Position numbers and translations under genes: made by a program
Source of the DNA: Candidatus Hydrogenedentota bacterium
GTDB taxonomy: Bacteria; Hydrogenedentota; Hydrogenedentia; Hydrogenedentales; SLHB01
NCBI GenBank assembly: GCA_963745075.1
Contig: CAVUWV010000015.1
Location: 160,001 to 224,000 of the forward strand
Direction: 5' to 3'
DNA length: 64,000 nt
The notes under the pieces: model-generated
The model's database searches: none
The model's input: only the letters and a program-made list of their open reading frames with translations
Told to the model about the DNA's origin: nothing
Shown here: positions 59,648-64,000 of the stretch, one piece after another
Layout: each line of letters begins with the position of its first letter
How positions within the stretch are numbered: the stretch's first letter is position 1

Positions 59648-61105
59648 CTAACGGGCTTGTATTTCCAACAAATCCAGCACGTCTGCCGCAGTGTACGACG
59701 TGGCGCCGTTGTGCAGATAGCGCCCGAGTGTCTCCAAACTGTCTCCTGCAGTAACGAGGGGGAGTTCGGTTGCCCCCGTTTTCTGAACCTGACCGTAGCC
59801 AACCGCGGCGGAAAGCCCGTTGCACAAGCACTTACGGCCCTCGGTATCCGCCACATCGCCACCCTTTTTTGCGTATTCGTCCACCGGCTCGGCCGGACAG
59901 CGGTATCCAAGGGTGCCATCCGGCTTCTTATATACTTGCCGGAGATAGCCCAAATCGCAGAGGCGCTCCCTTTCTTCGTAGGCGCGGGCATCGGCGAGAC
60001 TTTCCGGTACGTTTGCTACCTTGAAGGGGAACCCCGTCGGTGACGCTTTTGGATCGGTGAACACCGCAATGCTGCCGTCGGCAATACGGCTCAAAACCGC
60101 CTTCTTAATCTCGGGCGTGAATCCCGACTCCTCGCAGAAGGCGAAGGCCGTGCCCACCTGAATCCCCTGGGCTCCGGCGTCCAACGCTTCCTGCAACCGC
60201 TCGGGCATGCCGTAGGAGCCGGCCAGCCAGAACGGCAACCCCAGGCTTCTGATTTTCTCGAGGTCCACCACGTCCTTGGGTCCGTAGACCGGCTCGCCGG
60301 CCGGGCTGAGCGCGTCTTTGGCTCGCGGCGGCGCGTTATGTCCGCCGGCGGTGGGACCTTCCACGATGAACCCATCCACGCGCCCCGTGCTCTTCTTGAT
60401 GAGCGCGATCGCCAAGACCGCGGACGAAATAATTCCCAGGAAACGGGGACGTTTCAGCGGCGGAAGGTCGTTGGGGATCAGTTGCTTGGGTTCGAACTCG
60501 GTAATGTATTCCTCTCCGTGATCCGCGCCGGTTACCGGGACCCGGAGACGGGCGGTTTCGTGTTGGGCGAACTTGTCGAGCACGCCGGGGATTTCCAGTG
60601 GAATGCCCGCCCCCATGAGTACGTAATCGACGCCGGCCAGCATGGCCCCGTACAACGTGGAGAGATTTGGCAGTAAGATCTTTTCGAGGAGGTTGAGGCC
60701 TACAACGCCGTCGTGCCCTTCTTTGGCCAGATAAACCTCGGTAAAGGCGGACGTTACGGTGAGTTCAAGCAGGTCCATGGCAGGGCGCAGCGTATACATC
60801 GGGTGGCGTTTGAAGGGAGCACCCGAGGGGATACCTCCCGACACGTACCAGCGGGACAATATCCGTTCTGCAATTTCCGGGGACGGGAATTGTTCGAGCG
60901 CCCGGCGAATGTGGCCGCCGGTGTCACCCGATTGCAGGCGGCGCGAAACGACGGTCGCTAACGCAGTGCCCGAGACTACACCAAGCTCTCCCCGCATCGA
61001 GACGGCCCTGGCCAGCGGCCAATGGGACACAGCGGCCCCCATACCTCCCTGAATGACGGTCGGGAATCGTTCCAAGAGTATTATCCTTTCCCCTGGGTCG
61101 GGCAT
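59648..61105 (-). CDS. Nitronate monooxygenase / FabK-like FMN oxidoreductase
   Basis: IQGGMG, MGAGIP, EGPTAGGH, LAGSYG, GIQVGTAF, SPTGFPFK, CDLGYL, CLCN. Confidence 0.88.
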   Translation of the reverse strand: MPDPGERIILLERFPTVIQGGMGAAVSHWPLARAVSMRGELGVVSGTALATVVSRRLQSGDTGGHIRRALEQFPSPEIAERILSRWYVSGGIPSGAPFKRHPMYTLRPAMDLLELTVTSAFTEVYLAKEGHDGVVGLNLLEKILLPNLSTLYGAMLAGVDYVLMGAGIPLEIPGVLDKFAQHETARLRVPVTGADHGEEYITEFEPKQLIPNDLPPLKRPRFLGIISSAVLAIALIKKSTGRVDGFIVEGPTAGGHNAPPRAKDALSPAGEPVYGPKDVVDLEKIRSLGLPFWLAGSYGMPERLQEALDAGAQGIQVGTAFAFCEESGFTPEIKKAVLSRIADGSIAVFTDPKASPTGFPFKVANVPESLADARAYEERERLCDLGYLRQVYKKPDGTLGYRCPAEPVDEYAKKGGDVADTEGRKCLCNGLSAAVGYGQVQKTGATELPLVTAGDSLETLGRYLHNGATSYTAADVLDLLEIQAR

Positions 61106-62040
61106 CTGTGTTGCGCAATGCGGGTGCGCCAGGCGGGTGTGCGATGGCGCATGCGCCTCCCCCGAGGACATGCGTGGCATTCTCGCATCAGATGGTGATT
61201 CTCAAATATCTGCCCTATTATCCGCTACTGGGCATCGGGAATCAATGTTTCAAAGCCAAACCCGGCGGCATACGGCTGGGTCAACGGCGGGGTGCTCTCT
61301 GGGGCGGCGGCGAGATTTGGCGGAGTTCCTCGATCGTGATGCTACCGTCACGATCGACGTCGGCTTCCATCATGCGATGCCGCAATTGCTCAGGAATCTC
61401 GGTTAGTTCGTTCGGCGTGAGTCCTTGGTTCCCATCCTCGTCAAAACGCCGCATGAGTTCCACCGGCTCTTCGATTTTGACCGGGAAGCGCCGGCCGTCG
61501 CCGGAATCGTCCGAATCGAACGCGCCAAGGAGCTTATCGCGTGCGTGCTCCCATTCTTCGCGAGTCATCGTGCCGTCATTGTTCGTATCGGCCAGGATCG
61601 CGGCGCGCCGCCGCCTTATCGGGAATTCCGTCACGGAAAGAACGCCATCGTGGTTCTTGTCGCCGATGGCGAGAAGTTCGTCGAACAGGGGCGACTCCGG
61701 ATTGGATTGTGCCCGGTTCGCGGTGGCGCCGGGAGATTTTCGCAGGTAGCCGATCGTGATTCCCACGATCGCCAGGAGGCAGACCACGGCCGCTGCGCTC
61801 CACCGGAGCAGGCGACGTGAGGGCCGGGCGGTAAGCGGGTCGGCTTCCACAGCGTCCGGCGACGCAACCGCGCGACCGTCCATAGGGGTTGTCTTCGCAA
61901 GAGCAGCGTCGTCGCGGCCGGACAGCAACCGCTCGATCGCCGCGATGGTTTCCTGCGCCGATGAGCACCGGTTCGCCGGATCTTTGGCCAGCAAACTCGA
62001 TACGAAATCTTGGAGCCCCGGCGCCACGTCGGCGACATAC

Positions 62041-63365
62041 CAGGGCAATCGCATTAAAAGTCATACCTGCATGAGGAGTTCCTCGAGGTAGTCGTTGTTC
62101 CATGCGGCTTGCTTTCGTTTTCCCTTTACGCCGCGTTTACTGGACTTGTTTCTCTTGACGGTGTTGAGGGCAATCTTGCGGATGGTGTTCATGTTTTCGG
62201 CGGCGTGTCCGATTCGTATTCGGGACTGGTCTTCGTTGAAGGCCACGTCGAGCACCCAATGCAGGCTGTTCTCGATGCCCCAGTGGCTTCGGATGCTTTG
62301 TGCAATGGTGGCCACATCCTCATCCTTGGCGCTGGTGATGAAGTAGCGGTCTTCGACGGACGTGTCTGCCTTAAGGGTCCGTGTGGCGCGGCACATCACC
62401 ATGCCACGCAATCCAGGCCATTTGTCGGCCGTGCCCAGACCCGCGATGTCCTGGGTATACCAGTACTGGCGCTGCTCGATGCGCCCGTGCCCCTTGTCCA
62501 GCGTCTCGTGGTAGTGGTGCTCCATGTGGGCGAAGCCGTCGGCCATGGCGTGCTTGAATTCCATTTCGACGTCCTCGGCCAGGGTCTCCTGGTTGCCTTT
62601 TACGGCCAGCAAGTAGTCGGCGTGGGCGTCGATGATGGTCTTGGCGATCCCGCGCTGACATCCCATCGCGTCGATGGTGACCAGACAGCCCTTCAGGTCC
62701 AACTGGCGTACGAGTTCGGGAATGGCGGTGATCTCGTTGGACTTCTCGTCCACCGTAACCTGCCCCAAGGCCAAGGAAGATTCGCGTGCCCACGCGCTCA
62801 CTACATGGATGGCCTTCTTTCCCCTGCCCTGGTCATGGGAACGCCGGGCCGTCTTGCCGTCGATGGCTACTAGGCCCCGGACCCGCCCCTGAATGGCTTT
62901 CACCCACTCCCGGAAGGCTTCCTCGAATTGGTCGGGGTCCAGCAAGCTGAAGACCCGGCCAAAGGTGTCGTGAGAGGGGATACCATTGGGGAGCTTGAGG
63001 AAGGTGCGCAGCCAATCCTGCTTGGCGTGGCCGAAGTCGGCGATCTCCGTCCAGCTATCGGCGCCGGCGATGGCGGCACAGACGGCGATGGCCATGATGT
63101 CGAGCAAGCTATGCTGCTTCTTGCGGTCCAAGCGGGGGTCCTCGACGCGCCCGAAACACGAAATGAATACGCTGCCATTTTCCGTCATTGGGTTCAATCT
63201 CCCTCGTGGTTTGGTTTCCGGGGAGAGGATATGTTTTCAGATAGTTATATATCAAACTACTATTACTTCGCAGATCGATCCCTCCTGGGAATTCAAGCGG
63301 AATACACGGGGTCACGGACGCGGAGGTGTAGCTAGCGGCGCAGAACTTTTAATGCGATTGCCCTA
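62041..63365 (-). mobile_element. ISAs1-family insertion sequence
   Basis: 21 bp TIRs (C/T)AGGGCAATCGCATTAAAAGT; exact 10 bp TSD GGCGACATAC at 62031-62040 and 63366-63375. Confidence 0.96.
62061..63197 (-). CDS. ISAs1 family transposase
   Basis: DPR, GIPSHDTF, AIDGK, KSNEITAIP, TIDAMGCQ, VKGNQ, HGRIE, HWGIENSLHWVLDV. Confidence 0.97.
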   Translation of the reverse strand: MNPMTENGSVFISCFGRVEDPRLDRKKQHSLLDIMAIAVCAAIAGADSWTEIADFGHAKQDWLRTFLKLPNGIPSHDTFGRVFSLLDPDQFEEAFREWVKAIQGRVRGLVAIDGKTARRSHDQGRGKKAIHVVSAWARESSLALGQVTVDEKSNEITAIPELVRQLDLKGCLVTIDAMGCQRGIAKTIIDAHADYLLAVKGNQETLAEDVEMEFKHAMADGFAHMEHHYHETLDKGHGRIEQRQYWYTQDIAGLGTADKWPGLRGMVMCRATRTLKADTSVEDRYFITSAKDEDVATIAQSIRSHWGIENSLHWVLDVAFNEDQSRIRIGHAAENMNTIRKIALNTVKRNKSSKRGVKGKRKQAAWNNDYLEELLMQV

Positions 63366-64000
63366 GGCGACATACCGGGTGAGCGGTTCCGGCGCGTCTT
63401 TGGTAATTTTGAAAATCAGGCTGGCGGGGGTGTCGCCCTGGAAGGGCGTGCGCCCCGTGAGTAGTTCGTAAACGGTGACCCCCAACGAAAACAGGTCGCT
63501 GCGGGGGCCAACCTCGCCGACACCGCATTGTTCGGGAGACATGTATTGGGGCGTACCGATGAATGTTCCGTCTGCGGTGAGTTGAGTCGCCGCCTGAGTG
63601 ACCTTCGCAACGCCGAAATCCGTGACGCGCACGCGCCCTTGGTGGTCGACCAGGATGTTGGCCGGCTTAATATCGCGGTGAACGATGCCGTGCCCGTGGG
63701 CGCAATCCAACGCCGCGGCTACTTGCTGGACGATGCGCAGCGCCTCGTCCCACCGCATGGCGCCGCCCTGCCGCAGAAGGTCGTCCAGGGGTGTGCCGTC
63801 CACATATTCCATGGCGATATAGGGTAGCGTGTTGTCCAGCCGTACGCCGTAGATTTGGACGATATTCGGATGGCTGAGTTTGGCCGCCGCCTTGGCTTCA
63901 CGCTCAAAGCGCTCGAGAATCCCGGGCTGCCCCGCCAGCATTTGCAGCAAGACCTTAATCGCAGCGGGACGGTCGAGCGTCACATCCTGGGCGAGGTACA

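Larger units (their letters stand above)
61281..64000 (-). pseudogene. Hanks-type Ser/Thr kinase with TM and four EF-hands, interrupted by ISAs1 (5' end outside the window)
   Basis: AAIK, HPNIV, HRDIKPAN, DFG, GTPQYMSPEQ, SDLFSLG; removing the IS plus one TSD gives continuous EPLTRYVADVAPGLQDFVSSLLAKDPANR. Confidence 0.92.

Overview
GC-rich bacterial chromosomal window. The gene content (DUF1549/DUF1553-cytochrome c plus DUF1501 pair, PVC-type CxxCH heme protein, DUF1080, HEAT repeats, many secreted glycan-related proteins) resembles Ca. Hydrogenedentota or PVC-like organisms; this is inference only. Left and middle: DUF1553/DUF1501 genes, a hybrid sensor kinase and a large carbohydrate/amino-sugar-type catabolic region (ABC transporter, phosphotransferase, Gfo/Idh/MocA oxidoreductases, C-N hydrolase, deacetylase, DegT aminotransferase, secreted hydrolase-like proteins). 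Right: malQ and the housekeeping run nadX, rplU-rpmA-obgE-proB-proA-nadD-yqeK-methyltransferase. Three mobile elements can be delimited from the sequence. (1) A 1.7 kb non-DDE, non-HUH element (16039/16044-17730) encodes a protein with Rep_trans-like motifs and a C-terminal winged helix. It sits precisely inside a REP hairpin and has IS91/Helitron-like asymmetric ends; this is the top candidate for an undescribed system. (2) An IS1202/ISNCY-type element has a 15-16 bp target duplication and a structured 3' non-coding tail. (3) An ISAs1 element splits an EF-hand-bearing Ser/Thr kinase. At least four unrelated REP/REPIN palindrome families occur, and one sits in frame inside a protein-coding gene. 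No CRISPR array, tRNA or rRNA was seen. Several single-base lesions in the first 13 kb may be assembly errors.
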